Shown piece by piece: positions 39,170-55,600 of a DNA stretch of 64,000 nucleotides. The stretch is from contig OZ024741.1 of NCBI GenBank assembly GCA_964016885.1, forward strand, positions 236,716,001 to 236,780,000, given 5' to 3'. The position numbers and the translations under genes were made by a program. The notes beneath the pieces were generated by a model. That model was not told the DNA's origin and searched no databases. It saw nothing but the letters and a program-made list of their open reading frames with translations. How positions within the stretch are numbered: position 1 is the first letter of the stretch; the number at the start of each line of letters is the position of its first letter. The stretch comes from Eledone cirrhosa (taxonomy: Eukaryota).

Positions 39170-42100
39170 CACACTTGATTCACTGCTATGTAGTCAAGAG
39201 TATGACTGGTAACTTCACACACTTGATTCACTGCAATGTAGTCAATAGTATGACTGTTAACACACACACACTTGATTCACTACTATGTAGTCAATAGTAT
39301 AACTGTTGACTATACACACTTGATTCACTGCTATGTAGTCACTAGTATGACTGTTAACACACACACAATTGATTCACTGCTATGTAGTTAATAGTATGAC
39401 TGTTAACACACACACACTTTTTCACTGCTTATGTAGTCAATAGTATAACTGTTAACTCTACTGACTTGATACACTGCTCTGTAGTCAATAGTATGACTGT
39501 TAACACACACACACTTGGCTCACTGCTATGTAGTCAATAGTATGATTGTTAACTCTACACACTCGATTCACTGCTATGTAGTCAATAGTATGACTGTTAA
39601 CACACACATAGTTTATTCACTGCTATGTAGTCAATAGTATGACAGTTAACTCTATACACACACACTTGATTCACTGCTATGTAGTCAATAGTATGACTGT
39701 TAACACACACACACTTGATTCACTGCTATGTAGTTAATAGTATGACTGTTAACTCTACACACTTGATTCACTGCTATGTAGTTAATAGTATGACTGTTAA
39801 CACTACACACGTGATTCACTGCTATGTAGTCAATAGTATGACTGTTAACACTACACACTTGATTCACTGCTATGTAGTCAATAGTATGACTGTTAACACA
39901 CACACACTTGATTCACTGCTATGTAGTCAATAGTATGACTGTTAACACACACACACTTGATTCACTGCTATGTAGTCAATAGTATGACTGTTAACACACA
40001 CACACTTGATTCACTGCTATGTAGTCAATAGTATGACTGTTAACTCTACACACGTGATTCATTGCTATGTAGTCAATAGTATGACTGTTAACACACACAC
40101 ACTTGATTCACTGCTATGTAGTCAATAGTATGACTGTTAACAAACACAGACTTCATTCACTGCGATGTAGTCAATATTATGATTGTTAACTCTACACACG
40201 TGATTCACTGCTATGTAGTCAATAGTATGACTGTTAACTCTGCACACTTGATTCACTGCTATGTAGTCAAGAGTATGACTGGTAACTTCACACACTTGAT
40301 TCACTGCAATGTAGTCAATAGTATGACTGTTAACACACGCACACTTGATTCACTACTATGTAGTCAATAGTATAACTGTTGACTATACACACTTGATTCA
40401 CTGCTATGTAGTCACTAGTATGACTGTTAACACACACACAATTGATTCACTGCTATGTAGTCAATAGTATGACTGTTAACACACACACACTTTTTCACTG
40501 CTTATGTAGTCAATAGTATAACTGTTAACTCTACAGACTTGATACACTGCTCTGTAGTCAATAGTATGACTGTTAACACACACACACTTGGCTCACTGGT
40601 ATGTAGTCAATAGTATGATTGTTAACTCTACACACTCGATTCACTGCTATGTAGTCAATAGTATGACTGTTAACACACACATAGTTTATTCACTGCTATG
40701 TAGTCAATAGTATGACAGTTAACTCTATACACACACACTTGATTCACTGCTATGTAGTCAATAGTATGACTGTTAACACACACACACTTGATTCACTGCT
40801 ATGTAGTTAATAGTATGACTGTTAACTCTACACACTTGATTCACTGCTATGTAGTTAATAGTATGACTGTTAACACTACACACGTGATTCACTGCTATGT
40901 AGTCAATAGTATGACTGTTAACACTACACACTTGATTCACTGCTATGTAGTCAATAGTATGACTGTTAACACACACACACTTGATTCACTGCTATGTAGT
41001 CAATAGTATGACTGTTAACACACACACACTTGATTCACTGCTATGTAGTCAATAGTATGACTGTTAACACACACACACTTGATTCACTGCTATGTAGTCA
41101 ATAGTATGACTGTTAACTCTACACACGTGATTCATTGCTATGTAGTCAATAGTATGACTGTTAACACACACACACTTGATTCACTGCTATGTAGTCAATA
41201 GTATGACTGTTAACAAACACAGACTTCATTCACTGCGATGTAGTCAATATTATGATTGTTAACTCTACACACGTGATTCACTGCTATGTAGTCAATAGTA
41301 TGACTGTTAACTCTGCACACTTGATTCACTGCTATGTAGTCAAGAGTATGACTGGTAACTTCACACACTTGATTCACTGCAATGTAGTCAATAGTATGAC
41401 TGTTAACACACGCACACTTGATTCACTACTATGTAGTCAATAGTATAACTGTTGACTATACACACTTGATTCACTGCTATGTAGTCACTAGTATGACTGT
41501 TAACACACACACAATTGATTCACTGCTATGTAGTCAATAGTATGACTGTTAACACACACACACTTTTTCACTGCTTATGTAGTCAATAGTATAACTGTTA
41601 ACTCTACAGACTTGATACACTGCTCTGTAGTCAATAGTATGACTGTTAACACACACACACTTGGCTCACTGGTATGTAGTCAATAGTATGATTGTTAACT
41701 CTACACACTCGATTCACTGCTATGTAGTCAATAGTATGACTGTTAACACACACATAGTTTATTCACTGCTATGTAGTCAATAGTATGACAGTTAACTCTA
41801 TACACACACACTTGATTCACTGCTATGTAGTCAATAGTATGACTGTTAACACACACACACTTGATTCACTGCTATGTAGTTAATAGTATGACTGTTAACT
41901 CTACACACTTGATTCACTGCTATGTAGTTAATAGTATGACTGTTAACACTACACACGTGATTCACTGCTATGTAGTCAATAGTATGACTGTTAACACTAC
42001 ACACTTGATTCACTGCTATGTAGTCAATAGTATGACTGTTAACACACACACACTTGATTCACTGCTATGTAGTCAATGGTATGACTGTTAACACACACAC

Positions 42101-42450
42101 ACTTGATTCACTGCTATGTAGTCAATAGTATGACTGTTAACACACACACACTTGATTCACTGCTATGTAGTCAATAGTATGACTGTTAACTCTACACACG
42201 TGATTCATTGCTATGTAGTCAATAGTATGACTGTTAACACACACACACTTGATTCACTGCTATGTAGTCAATAGTATGACTGTTAACAAACACAGACTTC
42301 ATTCACTGCGATGTAGTCAATATTATGATTGTTAACTCTACACACGTGATTCACTGCTATGTAGTCAATAGTATGACTGTTAACTCTGCACACTTGATTC
42401 ACTGCTATGTAGTCAAGAGAATGACTGGTAACTTCACACACTTGATTCAC
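39170..42450. repeat. Three tandem copies of a 1073-bp (about 22-monomer) higher-order unit
   Basis: The marker CAAGAGTATGACTGGTAACTTCAC occurs at 39195, 40268 and 41341. Track ORFs at 39700, 40773 and 41846 show the same period. Confidence 0.93.
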
Positions 42451-45400
42451 TGCTATGTAGTCAATAGTATGACTGTTAACACACAAAGACTTGATTCACT
42501 GTTATGTAGTCAATAGTATGACTGTTAACACTACACACTTGATTCACTGCTATGTAGTCAATAGTATGACTGTTAACACTACACACTTGATTCACTGCTA
42601 TGTAGTCAATAGTATGACTGTTAACACACACACACTTGATTCACTGCTATGTAGTCAATAGTATGACTGTTAACACTACACACTTGATTCACTGCTATGT
42701 AGTCAATAGTTTGACTGTTAACACACACACACTTGATTCACTGCTATGTAGTCAATAGCATGACTGTTAACTCTACACCCTTGATTCCCTGCTATGTAGT
42801 TAATAGTATGACTGTTAACACACACAGACTTCATTCACTGCTATGTAGTCAATATTATGATTGTTAACACTACACACGTGATTCACTGCTATGTAGTCAA
42901 TAGTATGACTGTTAACACTACACACTTGATTCACTGCTATGTAGTCAATAGTATGACTGTTAACACACACACACTTGATTCACTGCTATGTAGTCAATAG
43001 TATGACTGTTAACACACACACACTTGATTCACTGCAATGTAGTCAATAGTATGACTGTTAACACACACACACTTGATTCACTACTGTGTAGTCAATAGTA
43101 TAACTGTTGACTCTACACACTTGATTCATTGATATGTAGTCACTAGTATGACTGTTAACACACACACAATTGATTCACTGCTATGTAGTCAATAGTATGA
43201 CTGTTAACACACCCAGACTTCATTCACTGCTATGTAGTCAATAGAATGACTGTTAACTCTACACACTTGATTCACTGCTATGTAGTCAATATTATGATTG
43301 TTATCTCTACACACGTGATTCACTGCTATGTAGTCAATAGTATGTCTGTTAACTCTACACACTTGATTATCTGCTATGTAGTCAAGATTATGACTGGTAA
43401 CTCTACATACTTGATTCACTGCTATGTAGTCAATAGTATGACTTTTAACTCTACACACGTGATTCACAGCTATGTAGTCAATAGTATGACTGTTAACGCT
43501 ACACACTTGATTCACTGCTATGTAGTCAATAGCATGACTGTTAACTCTACACACTTAATTCACTGCTATGTAGTCAATAGTATAACTGTTAACTCTACAT
43601 ACTTGATTCACTGCTAGTTAGTTAATAGTATGACTGTTAACACTACACACGTGATTCACTGCTATGTAGTCAATAGTATGACTGTTAACACACACACACT
43701 TGATTCACTGATATGTAGTCAATAGTATGACTGTTAACACACACTCACTTTATTCACTGCTATGTAGTCAATAGTATAACTGTTAACACACACACACTTG
43801 ATTCACTGCTATGTAGTCAAGAGTATGACTTAACTCTACACACTTAATTCACTGCTATGTAGTCAATAGTATGACTGTTAACACTCACTTACTTGATTCA
43901 CTGCTATCTAGTCAATAGTATGACTGTTAACACACACACACTTGATTCACTGCTATGTAGTCAATAGTATGACTGTTAACTCAAGACCCACTTGATTCAC
44001 TGCTATGTAGTAAATAGTATGACTGTTAACTCTACACACGTGATTCACTACTATGTAGTCAATAGTATGACTGTTAACGCACACACACTGGATTCACTGC
44101 TATGTAGTCAATAGTATGAGTGTTAACTCTACACACACACACTTGATTCACTGCTATGTAGTCAATAGTATGATTGTTAACACACACACACTTGATTCAC
44201 TGCTTATGTTGTCAATAGTATAACTGTTAACTCTACACACTTGATACACTGCTCTGTAGTCAATAGTATGACTGTTAACACACACACACTTGATTCACTG
44301 CTATGTAGTCAATAGTATGACTGTTAACTCTACACACACACACTTGATTCACTGCTATGTAGTCAATAGTATGACTGTTAACACACACACACTTTATTCA
44401 CTGCTTATGTTGTCAATAGTATCACTGTTAACTCTACACACTTGATACACTGCTCTGTTGTCAATAGTATGACTGTTAACACACACACACTTGATTCACT
44501 GCTATGTAGTCAATAGTATGACTGTTAACTCAACAAACACTTGATTCACTGCTATGTAGTCAATAGTATGACTGTTAACGCACACACACTTGATTCACTG
44601 CTATGTAGTCAATAGTATGACTGTTAACACACACACACTTCATTCACTGATACGTAGTCAATAGTATGACTGTTAACACACACACACTTGATTCACTGCT
44701 ATGTAGTCAATAGTATCACTGTTAACACACGCACACTCTATTCACTGCTATGTAGTCAATAGTATGACTGTTAACTCTACACACACACACTTGATTCACT
44801 GCTATGTAGTCAATAGTATGATAGTTAACACACAAACACTTGATTCACTGCTATGTATTCAATAGTATGACTGTTAACACACATACTTGATTCACTGCTA
44901 TGTAGTCAATAGTATGACTGTTAACTTTACACACTTGATTCACTGCTATGTAGTCAATAGTATGACTGTTAACACACATACTTGATTCACTGATATGTAG
45001 TTAATAGTATGGCTGTTAACACACACACACTCTATTCACTGCTATGTAGTCAGTAGTATCACTGTTACCACACACACACTTGATTCACTGCTATGTAGTC
45101 AATAGTATGACTGTTAACTCTACACACTTGATTCACTGCTATGTAGTCAATATTATGACTGTTAACACACACACACACTTGATTCACTGCTATGTAGTCA
45201 ATAGTATGATTGTTAACACACACACACTTGATTCACTGCTTATGTAGTCAATAGTATAACTGTTAACTCCACACACTTGATTCACTGCTATGTAGTCAAT
45301 AGTATGACATCAACTCTACACACACACACTTGAATCACTGCTACGTAGTCAATAGTATGACTGTTAACACACACACACTTGATTCACTGCTATGTAGTCA

Positions 45401-47869
45401 ATAGTATGATTGTTAACACACACACACTTGATTCACTGCTATGTCGTCAATAGTATGACTGTTAAGACTACATACTTTATTCACTGCTCTGTAGTCAATA
45501 GTTTGACTATTAACACACACACACTTGATTCACTGCTATGTAGTCAATAGTATCACTTTTAACTCTACACACGTGATTCACAGCTATGTAGTCAATAGTA
45601 TGACTGTTAACGCTACACACTTGATTCACTGCTATGTAGTCAATAGCATGACTGTTAACTCTACACACTTAATTCACTGCTATGTAGTCAATAGTATAAC
45701 TGTTAACTCTACATACTTGATTCACTGCTAGTTAGTTAATAGTATGACTGTTAACACTACACACGTGATTCACTGCTATGTAGTCAATAGTATGACTGTT
45801 AACACACACACACTTGATTCACTGCTATGTAGTCAATAGTATGACTGTTAACACACACTCACTTGATTCACTGCTATGTAGTCAATAGTATAACTGTTAA
45901 CACACACACACTTGATTCACTGCTATGTAGTCAAGAGTATGACTTAACTCTACACACTTGATTCACTGCTATGTAGTCAATAGTATGACTGTTAACACTC
46001 ACATACTTGATTCACTGCTATGTAGTCAATAGTATGACTGTTAACTCAAGACCCACTTGATTCACTGCTATGTAGTAAATAGTATGACTGTTAACTCTAC
46101 ACACGTGATTCACTGCTATGTAGTCAATAGTATGACTGTTAACACACACACACTTGATTCACTACTATGTAGTCAATAGTATGACTGTTAAAGCACACAC
46201 ACTGGATTCACTGCTATGTAGTCAATAGTATGAGTGTTAACTCTACACGCACACACTTGATTCACTGCTATGTAGTCAATATTATGACTGTTAACACACA
46301 CACACTTGATTCACTGCTATGTAGTGAATAGTATGATTGTTAACACACACACACTTGATTCACTGCTTATGTAGTCAATAGTATGACATCAACTCTACAC
46401 ACACACACTTGAATCACTGCTACGTAGTCAATAGTATGACTGTTAACACACACACACTTGATTCACTGCTATGTAGTCAATAGTATGATTGTTAACACAC
46501 ACACACTTGATTCACTGCTTATGTTGTCAATAGTATAACTGTTAACTCTACACACTTGATACACTGCTCTGTAGTCAATAGTATGACTGTTAACACACAC
46601 ACACTTGATTCACTGCTATGTAGTCAATAGTATGACTGTTAACTCTACACACACACACTTGATTCACTGCTATGTAGTCAATAGTATGACTGTTAACACA
46701 CACACACTTTATTCACTGCTTATGTTGTCAATAGTATAACTGTTAACTCTACACACTTGATACACTGCTCTGTAGTCAATAGTATGACTGTTAACACACA
46801 CACACTTGATTCACTGCTATGTAGTCAATAGTATGACTGTTAACTCAACAAACACTTAATTCACTGCTATGTAGTCAATAGTATGACTGTTAACGCACAC
46901 ACACTTGATTCACTGCTATGTAGTCAATAGTATGACTGTTAACACACACACACTTGATTCACTGATATGTAGTCAATAGTATGACTGTTAACACACACAC
47001 ACTTGATTCACTGCTATGTAGTCAATATTATGACTGTTAACACACACACACTTGATTCACTGCTATGTAGTGAATAGTATGATTGTTAACACACACACAC
47101 TTGATTCACTGCTTATGTAGTCAATAGTATAACTGTTAACTCCACACACTTGATTCACTGCTATGTAGTCAATAGTATGACATCAACTCTACACACACAC
47201 ACTTGAATCACTGCTACGTAGTCAATAGTATGACTGTTAACACACACACACTTGATTCACTGCTATGTAGTCAATAGTATGATTGTTAACACACACACAC
47301 TTGATTCACTGCTATGTCGTCAATAGTATGACTGTTAAGACTACATACTTTATTCACTGCTCTGTAGGCAATAGTTTGACTATTAACACACACACACTTG
47401 ATTCACTGCTATGTAGTCAATAGTATGACTTTTAACTCTACACACGTGATTCACAGCTATGTAGTCAATAGTATGACTGTTAACGCTACACACTTGATTC
47501 ACTTCTATGTAGTCAATAGCATGACTGTTAACTCTACACACTTAATTCACTGCTATGTAGTCAATAGTATAACTGTTAACTCTACATACTTGATTCACTG
47601 CTAGTTAGTTAATAGTATGACTGTTAACACTACACACGTGATTCACTGCTATGTAGTGAATAGTATGACTGTTAACACACACACACTTGATTCACTGCTA
47701 TGTAGTCAATAGTATGACTGTTAACACTCACATACTTGATTCACTGCTATGTAGTCAATAGTATGACTGTTAACACACACACACTTGATTCACTGCTATG
47801 TAGTCAATAGTATGACTGTTAACTCAAGACCCACTTGATTCACTGCTATGTAGTAAATAGTATGACTGT

Positions 47870-50800
47870 TAACTCTACACACGTGATTCACTGCTATGTA
47901 GTCAATAGTATGACTGTTAACACACACACACTTGATTCACTACTATGTAGTCAATAGTATGACTGTTAACGCACACACACTGGATTCACTGCTATGTAGT
48001 CAATAGTATGAGTGTTAACTCTACACGCACACACTTGATTCACTGCTATGTAGTCAATAGTATGATTGTTAACACACACACACTTGATTCACTGCTTACG
48101 TTGTCAATAGTATAACTGTTAACTCTACACACTTGATACACTGCTCTGTAGTCAATAGTATGACTGTTAACACACACACACTTGATTCACTGCTATGTAG
48201 TCAATAGTATGACTGTTAACTCTACACACACACACTTGATTCACTGCTATGTAGTCAATAGTACGACTGTTAACGCACACACACTTGATTCACTGCTATG
48301 TAGTCAATAGTATGACTGTTAACACACACACACATGATTCACTGATATGTAGTCAATAGTATGACTGTTAACACACACACACTTGATTCACTGCTATGTA
48401 GTCAATAGTATGACTGTTAACACACGCACACTCTATTCAATGCTATGTAGTCAATAGTATGACTGTTAACTCTACACACACACACTTGATTCACTGCTAT
48501 GTAGTCAATAGTATGATAGTTAACACACACACAATTGATTCACTGGTATGTCATCAATAGTATGACTGTTAAGACTACATACTTGATTCACTGCTATGTA
48601 GTCAAGAGTATGACTGTTAACACACAAACACTTGATTCACTGCTATGTATTCAATAGTATGACTGTTAACTCTACACACTTGATTCACTGCTATGTAGTC
48701 AATAGTATGACTGTTAACACACATACTTGATTCACTGCTATGTAGTTAATAGTATGGCTGTTAACACACACACACTCTATTAACTGCTATGTAGTCAGTA
48801 GTATGACTGTTAACACACACACACTTCATTCACTGCTATGTAGTCAATAGTATGACTGTTAAAAGACACAAACTTGATTCACTACTATGTAGTCAATAGT
48901 ATGACTGTTAACACACAGGCTTGATTCACTGCTATGTAGTCAATAATATGACTGTTAACTCTACACACTTGATACACTGCTATGTAGTCAAGAGTATGGC
49001 TGTTGACGCACGCACACTTGATTTACTGCTATGTAGTCAATTGTATGACTGTTAACTCTACACACTTGATTCACTGCTCTGTAGTCAATAGTATGACTGT
49101 TAAAACACACACACACTTGATTCCCTGCATTGTAGTCAATAGTATCACTGTTACCACACACACACACTTGATTCACTGCTATGTAGTCAATAGTATGACT
49201 GTTAACACACACACAATTGATTCACTGCTATGTAGTCAATAGTATGACTGTTAACTCTACACACTTGATTCACTGCTATGTAGTCAATAGTATGACTGTT
49301 AACTCTACACACTTGATTCACTGCTATGTAGTCAATATTATGACTGTTAACACACACACACACTTGATTCACTGCTATGTAGTCAATAGTATGATTGTTA
49401 ACACACACACACTTGATTCACTGCTTATGTAGTCAATAGTATAACTGTTAACTCCACACACTTGATTCACTGCTATGTGGTCAATAGTATTACATCAACT
49501 CTACACACACACACTTGAATCACTGCTACGTAGTCAATAGTATGACTGTTAACACACACACACTTGATTCACTGCTATGTAGTCAATAGTATGACTTTTA
49601 ACTCTACACACGTGATTCACAGCTATGTAGTCAATAGTATGACTGTTAACGCTACACACTTGATTCACTGCTATGTAGTCAATAGTATGACTGTTAACGC
49701 TACACACTTGATTCACTGCTATGTAGTCAATAGCATGACTGTTAACTCTACACACTTAATTCACTGCTATGTAGTCAATAGTATAACTGTTAACTCTACA
49801 TATGTGATTCACTGCTAGTTAGTTAATAGTATGACTGTTAACACTACACACGTGATTCACTGCTATGTAGTCAATAGTATGACTGTTAACACACACACAC
49901 TTGATTCACTGCTATGTAGTCAATAGTATGACTGTTAACACACACTCACTTGATTCACTGCTATGTAGTCAATAGTATGACTTAACTCTACACACTTGAT
50001 TCACTGCTATGTAGTCAATAGTATGACTGTTAACACTCACATACTTGATTCACTGCTATGTAGTCAATAGTATGACTGTTAACACACACACACTTGATTC
50101 ACTGCTATGTAGTCAATAGTATGACTGTTAACTCTACACACGTGATTCAATGCTATGTAGTCAATAGTATGACTGTTAACACACACACACTTGATTCACT
50201 ACTATGTAGTAAATAGTATGACTGTTAACGCACACACACTGGATTCACTGCTATGTAGTCAATAGTATGAGTGTTAACTCTACACGCACACACTTGATTC
50301 ACTGCTATGTAGTCAATAGTATGATTGTTAACACACACACACTTGATTCACTGCTTATGTTGTCAATAGTATAACTGTTAACTCTACACACTTGATACAC
50401 TGCTCTGTAGTCAATAGTATGACTGTTAACACACACACACTTGATTCACTGCTATGTAGTCAATAGTATGACTGTTAACTCTACACACACACACTTGATT
50501 CACTGCTATGTAGTCAATAGTACGACTGTTAACGCACACACACTTGATTCACTGCTATGTAGTCAATAGTATGACTGTTAACACACACACACATGATTCA
50601 CTGATATGTAGTCAATAGTATGACTGTTAACACACACACACTTGATTCACTGCTATGTAGTCAATAGTATGACTGTTAACACACGCACACTCTATTCAAT
50701 GCTATGTAGTCAATAGTATGACTGTTAACTCTACACACACACACTTGATTCACTGCTATGTAGTCAATAGTATGATAGTTAACACACACACAATTGATTC

Positions 50801-52600
50801 ACTGGTATGTCATCAATAGTATGACTGTTAAGACTACATACTTGATTCACTGCTATGTAGTCAAGAGTATGACTGTTAACACACAAACACTTGATTCACT
50901 GCTATGTATTCAATAGTATGACTGTTAACTCTACACACTTGATTCACTGCTATGTAGTCAATAGTATGACTGTTAACACACATACTTGATTCACTGCTAT
51001 GTAGTTAATAGTATGGCTGTTAACACACACACACTCTATTCACTGCTATGTAGTCAGTAGTATGACTGTTAACACACACACACTTCATTCACTGCTATGT
51101 AGTCAATAGTATGACTGTTAAAAGACACAAACTTGATTCACTACTATGTAGTCAATAGTATGACTGTTAACACACAGGCTTGATTCACTGCTATGTAGTC
51201 AATAATATGACTGTTAACTCTACACACTTGATACACTGCTATGTAGTCAAGAGTATGGCTGTTGACGCACGCACACTTGATTTACTGCTATGTAGTCAAT
51301 TGTATGACTGTTAACTCTACACACTTGATTCACTGCTCTGTAGTCAATAGTATGACTGTTAAAACACACACACACTTGATTCCCTGCATTGTAGTCAATA
51401 GTATCACTGTTACCACACACACACTTGATTCACTGCTATGTAGTCAATAGTATGACTGTTAACACACACACAATTGATTCACTGCTATGTAGTCAATAGT
51501 ATGACTGTTAACTCTACACACTTGATTCACTGCTATGTAGTCAATAGTATGACTGTTAACTCTACACACTTGATTCACTGCTATGTAGTCAATATTATGA
51601 CTGTTAACACACACACACACTTGATTCACTGCTATGTAGTCAATAGTATGATTGTTAACACACACACACTTGATTCACTGCTTATGTAGTCAATAGTATA
51701 ACTGTTAACTCCACACACTTGATTCACTGCTATGTGGTCAATAGTATTACATCAACTCTACACACACACACTTGAATCACTGCTACGTAGTCAATAGTAT
51801 GACTGTTAACACACACACACTTGATTCACTGCTATGTAGTCAATAGTATGACTTTTAACTCTACACACGTGATTCACAGCTATGTAGTCAATAGTATGAC
51901 TGTTAACGCTACACACTTGATTCACTGCTATGTAGTCAATAGTATGACTGTTAACGCTACACACTTGATTCACTGCTATGTAGTCAATAGCATGACTGTT
52001 AACTCTACACACTTAATTCACTGCTATGTAGTCAATAGTATAACTGTTAACTCTACATATGTGATTCACTGCTAGTTAGTTAATAGTATGACTGTTAACA
52101 CTACACACGTGATTCACTGCTATGTAGTCAATAGTATGACTGTTAACACACACACACTTGATTCACTGCTATGTAGTCAATAGTATGACTGTTAACACAC
52201 ACTCACTTGATTCACTGCTATGTAGTCAATAGTATGACTTAACTCTACACACTTGATTCACTGCTATGTAGTCAATAGTATGACTGTTAACACTCACATA
52301 CTTGATTCACTGCTATGTAGTCAATAGTATGACTGTTAACACACACACACTTGATTCACTGCTATGTAGTCAATAGTATGACTGTTAACTCTACACACGT
52401 GATTCAATGCTATGTAGTCAATAGTATGACTGTTAACACACACACACTTGATTCACTACTATGTAGTAAATAGTATGACTGTTAACGCACACACACTGGA
52501 TTCACTGCTATGTAGTCAATAGTATGAGTGTTAACTCTACACGCACACACTTGATTCACTGCTATGTAGTCAATAGTATGATTGTTAACACACACACACT
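47870..52600. repeat. Tandem duplication of 2257-2259 bp (about 46 monomers)
   Basis: Track ORF pairs 49003/51262, 49217/51474 and 49564/51821, with shared rare variants (GATTCCCTGCATTGTAG, AAAAGACACAAAC). Confidence 0.92.
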
Positions 52601-55600
52601 TCATTCATTGCTTATGTTGTCAATAGTATGACTGTTAACTCTACACACTTGATACACTGCTCTGTAGTCAATAGTATGACTGTTAACACACACACACTTT
52701 ATTCACTGCTTATGTTGTCAATAGTATAACTGTTAACTCTACACACTTGATACACTGCTCTGTAGTCAATAGTATGACTGTTAACACACACACACTTGAT
52801 TCACTGCTATGTCGTCAATAGTATGACTGTTAAGTCTACATACATGATTCGCTGCTATGTAGTCAATAGTTTGACTGTTAACACACACACACTTGATTCA
52901 CTGCTATGTAGTCAATAGGATGACTGTTAACACACACACACACTTGATTCACTGCTATGTAGTCAATAGTATGACTGTTAACACACACACACACACTTGA
53001 TTCACTGCTATGTAGTCAATAGTATAACTGTTAACTCTACACACTTGATTCACTGCTATGTCGTCAATAGTATGACTGTTAAGTCTACATACATGATTCA
53101 CTGCTATGTAGTCAATAGTATGACTGTTAACGCACACACACTTGATTCACTGCTATGTCGTCAATAGTATGACTGTTAAGTCTACATACATGATTCACTG
53201 CTATGTAGCCAATAGTTTGACTGTTAACACGCACACACTTGATTCACTGCTATGTAGTCAATAGGATGAGTGTTAACACACACACTTGATTCACTGCTAT
53301 GTAGTCAATAGTATGACTGTTAACTCTACACACTTGATTCACTGCTATGTAGTCAATATTATGACTGTTAACACACACACACTTGATTCACTGCTATGTA
53401 GTCAATAGTATGATTGTTAACACACACACACTTGATTCACTGCTTATGTAGTCAATAGTATAACTGTTAACTCCACACACTTGATTCACTGCTATGTAGT
53501 CAATAGTATGACATTAACTCTACACACACACACTTGAATCACTGCTACGTAGTCAATAGTATGACTGTTAACACACACACACTTGATTCACTGCTATGTA
53601 GTCAATAGTATGATTGTTAACACACACACACTTGATTCACTGCTATGTCGTCAATAGTATGACTGTTAAGACTACATACTTTATTCACTGCTCTGTAGTC
53701 AATAGTTTGACTATTAACACACACACACTTGATTCACTGCTATGTAGTCAATAGTATGACTTTTAACTCTACACACGTGATTCACAGCTATGTAGTCAAT
53801 AGTATGATTGTTAACGCTACACACTTGATTCACTGCTATGTAGTCAATAGCATGACTGTTAACTCTACACACTTAATTCACTGCTATGTAGTCAATAGTA
53901 TGACTGTTAACACTACACACGTGATTCACTGCTATGTAGTCAATAGTATGACTGTTAACTCTACACACTTAATACACTACTATGTAGTCAATAGTATGAC
54001 TGTTAACACTACACACGTGATTCACTGCTATGTAGTCAATAGTATGACAGTTAACTCACACACACTTGATTCACTGCTATGTAGTCAATACTATCACTGT
54101 TAACACACACACACTTGATTCACTGCTATGTAGTCAATAGGATGACTGTTAACACACACACACACTTGATTCACTTCTATGTAGTCAATAGTATGACTGT
54201 TAACCCACACACATTTGATTCACTGCTATGTAGTCAATAGTATAACTGTTAACTCTACACACTTGATACTTGATTCACTGCTATGTAGTCAATAGTATGA
54301 CTTTTAACACACACACACTTCATTCACTGCTATGTAGTCAATATTATGATTGTTAACTCTACACACGTGATTCACTGCTATGTAGTCAATAGTATGACTG
54401 TTAACTCTACACACTTGATTCACTGCTATGTAGTGAAGAGTATGGCTGTTGACGCACACACACTTGATTCACTGCTATGTAGTCAATAGTATGACTGTTA
54501 ACTCTACACACATGATTCACTGCTATGTAGTCAATAGTATGACTGTTAACTCTACACACGTGATTCACTGCTATGTAGTCAATAGTATGACTGTTAACGC
54601 TACACACTTGATTCACTGCTATGTAGTCAATAGCATGACTGTTAACTCTAAACACTTAATTCACTGCTATGTAGTCAATAGTATGACTGTTAACACTACA
54701 CACGTGATTCACTGCTATGTAGTCAATAGTATGACTGTTAACTCACACACACTTGATTCACTGCTATGTAGTCAATAGTATGACTGTTAACACACACACA
54801 CTTGATTCACTGCTATGTAGTAAATAGTATGACTGTTAACTCTACACACTTGATTCACTGCTATGTAGTCAATAGTATAACTGTTAACTCTACACACTTG
54901 ATTCACTGCTATGTAGTGAATAGTATGACTGTTAACACACACACACTTGATTCACTGCTATGTAGTAAATAGTATGACTGTTAACACACACACACTTGAT
55001 TCACTGCTATGTAGTTAATAGTATGACTGTTAACACACACACACTTGATTCACTGCTATGTATTCAATAGTATGGCAATTGACGCACACACACTTGATTC
55101 ACTGCTATGTAGTCAATAGTATAACTGTTAACACACACACACTTGATTCACTGCTATCTAGTCAATAGTATGACTGTTAACACACACACACATGATTCAC
55201 TGCTATGTAATCAGTATTGTGACTGTTAACACACACACACTTGATTCACTGCTATGTAGTCAATAGTATGACTGTTAACACACACACACTTGATTCACTG
55301 GTATGTAGTCAATAGTATGATTGTTAACTCTACACACGTGATTCACTGCTATGTAGTCAATAGTATGACTGTTAACTCTACACACTTGATTCACTGCTAT
55401 GTAGTCAAGAGTATGGCTGTTGACGCACACACACTTGATTCACTGCTATGTAGTCAATAGCATGACTGTTAACTCTACACACTTAATTCACTGCTATGTA
55501 GTCAATAGTATGACTGTTAACACTACACACGTGATTCACTGCTATGTAGTCAATAGTATGACTGTTAACTCACACACACTTGATTCACTGCTATGTAGTC

